Shown here one piece after another: positions 63,770 through 64,000 of a stretch of 64,000 nt of DNA. The stretch is from positions 991,747 to 1,055,746 of the forward strand of contig NMRA01000067.1 in NCBI GenBank assembly GCA_002633005.1. The letters run 5' to 3'. The translations under genes and the position numbers were made by a program. The notes below the pieces were generated by a model, which saw only the letters and a list, made by a program, of their open reading frames with translations, made no database searches and was not told where the DNA came from. This stretch comes from Phoronis australis (taxonomy: Eukaryota > Animalia > Phoronida). How positions within the stretch are numbered: the stretch's first letter is position 1; each line of letters begins with the position of its first letter.

Positions 63770-63919
63770 AGAAGAGTTCAGTAACGCTAGGGCCTCGCAA
63801 AAAAGTACGACTTCGCGAGATTACGGGAAATATTGTCGTGTATTTTAAATGAGAACACGTTCTTTTGGCTAGATTTTAGCGAGGTCCTAGCGTTGGTCCT
63901 AGCGTTACTGAACTCTAAC
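63770..63919 (+). mobile_element. About 150-bp CWG-target MITE, copy 3
   Basis: Same sequence family as 42967-43117; flanked CAG...CAG. Confidence 0.85.
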
Positions 63920-64000
63920 CAGTACCTTTGTGAAAAGTATGTCTAATTGTTCCTTCGCCACAGTGGCGGATCTAGGATACCATAAGGGCCGGGGGGGGGG

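Overview
AT-rich animal (invertebrate-type, intron-rich) genomic DNA. The organism cannot be fixed from sequence alone. Two spliced genes were assembled by hand on the + strand with fully consistent splice phases. (1) A 16-exon large Rab gene (8228-34576, about 762 aa; two EF-hands, coiled coil, Rab GTPase, C-terminal CCK), CRACR2A/EFCAB4B(Rab46)/Rab44-like, with two extra candidate cassette exons. (2) A 4-exon, 214-aa single-pass membrane protein gene (41771-55927) with the six-cysteine C*C*CC*CC ectodomain of Shisa-like/STMC6 proteins, and a cytoplasmic tail ending in CPVC..CDHC-TTSL; the ORF track shows only pieces of it. Its intron 2 holds an antisense intronless 209-aa orphan ORF whose frame stays open for 84 more codons after the TAG. 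The right half of the window is dense in DNA transposons: a degenerate Academ inserted in an older foldback element, and two inverted copies of a Kolobok-type THAP element built from two left ends. The second Kolobok copy carries a four-level nest (Kolobok > ISL2EU-like > hAT-like > Tc1/mariner-like). Several MITE families, a LINE 3' fragment and tandem repeats are also present. No rRNA, intact tRNA or CRISPR array was seen.
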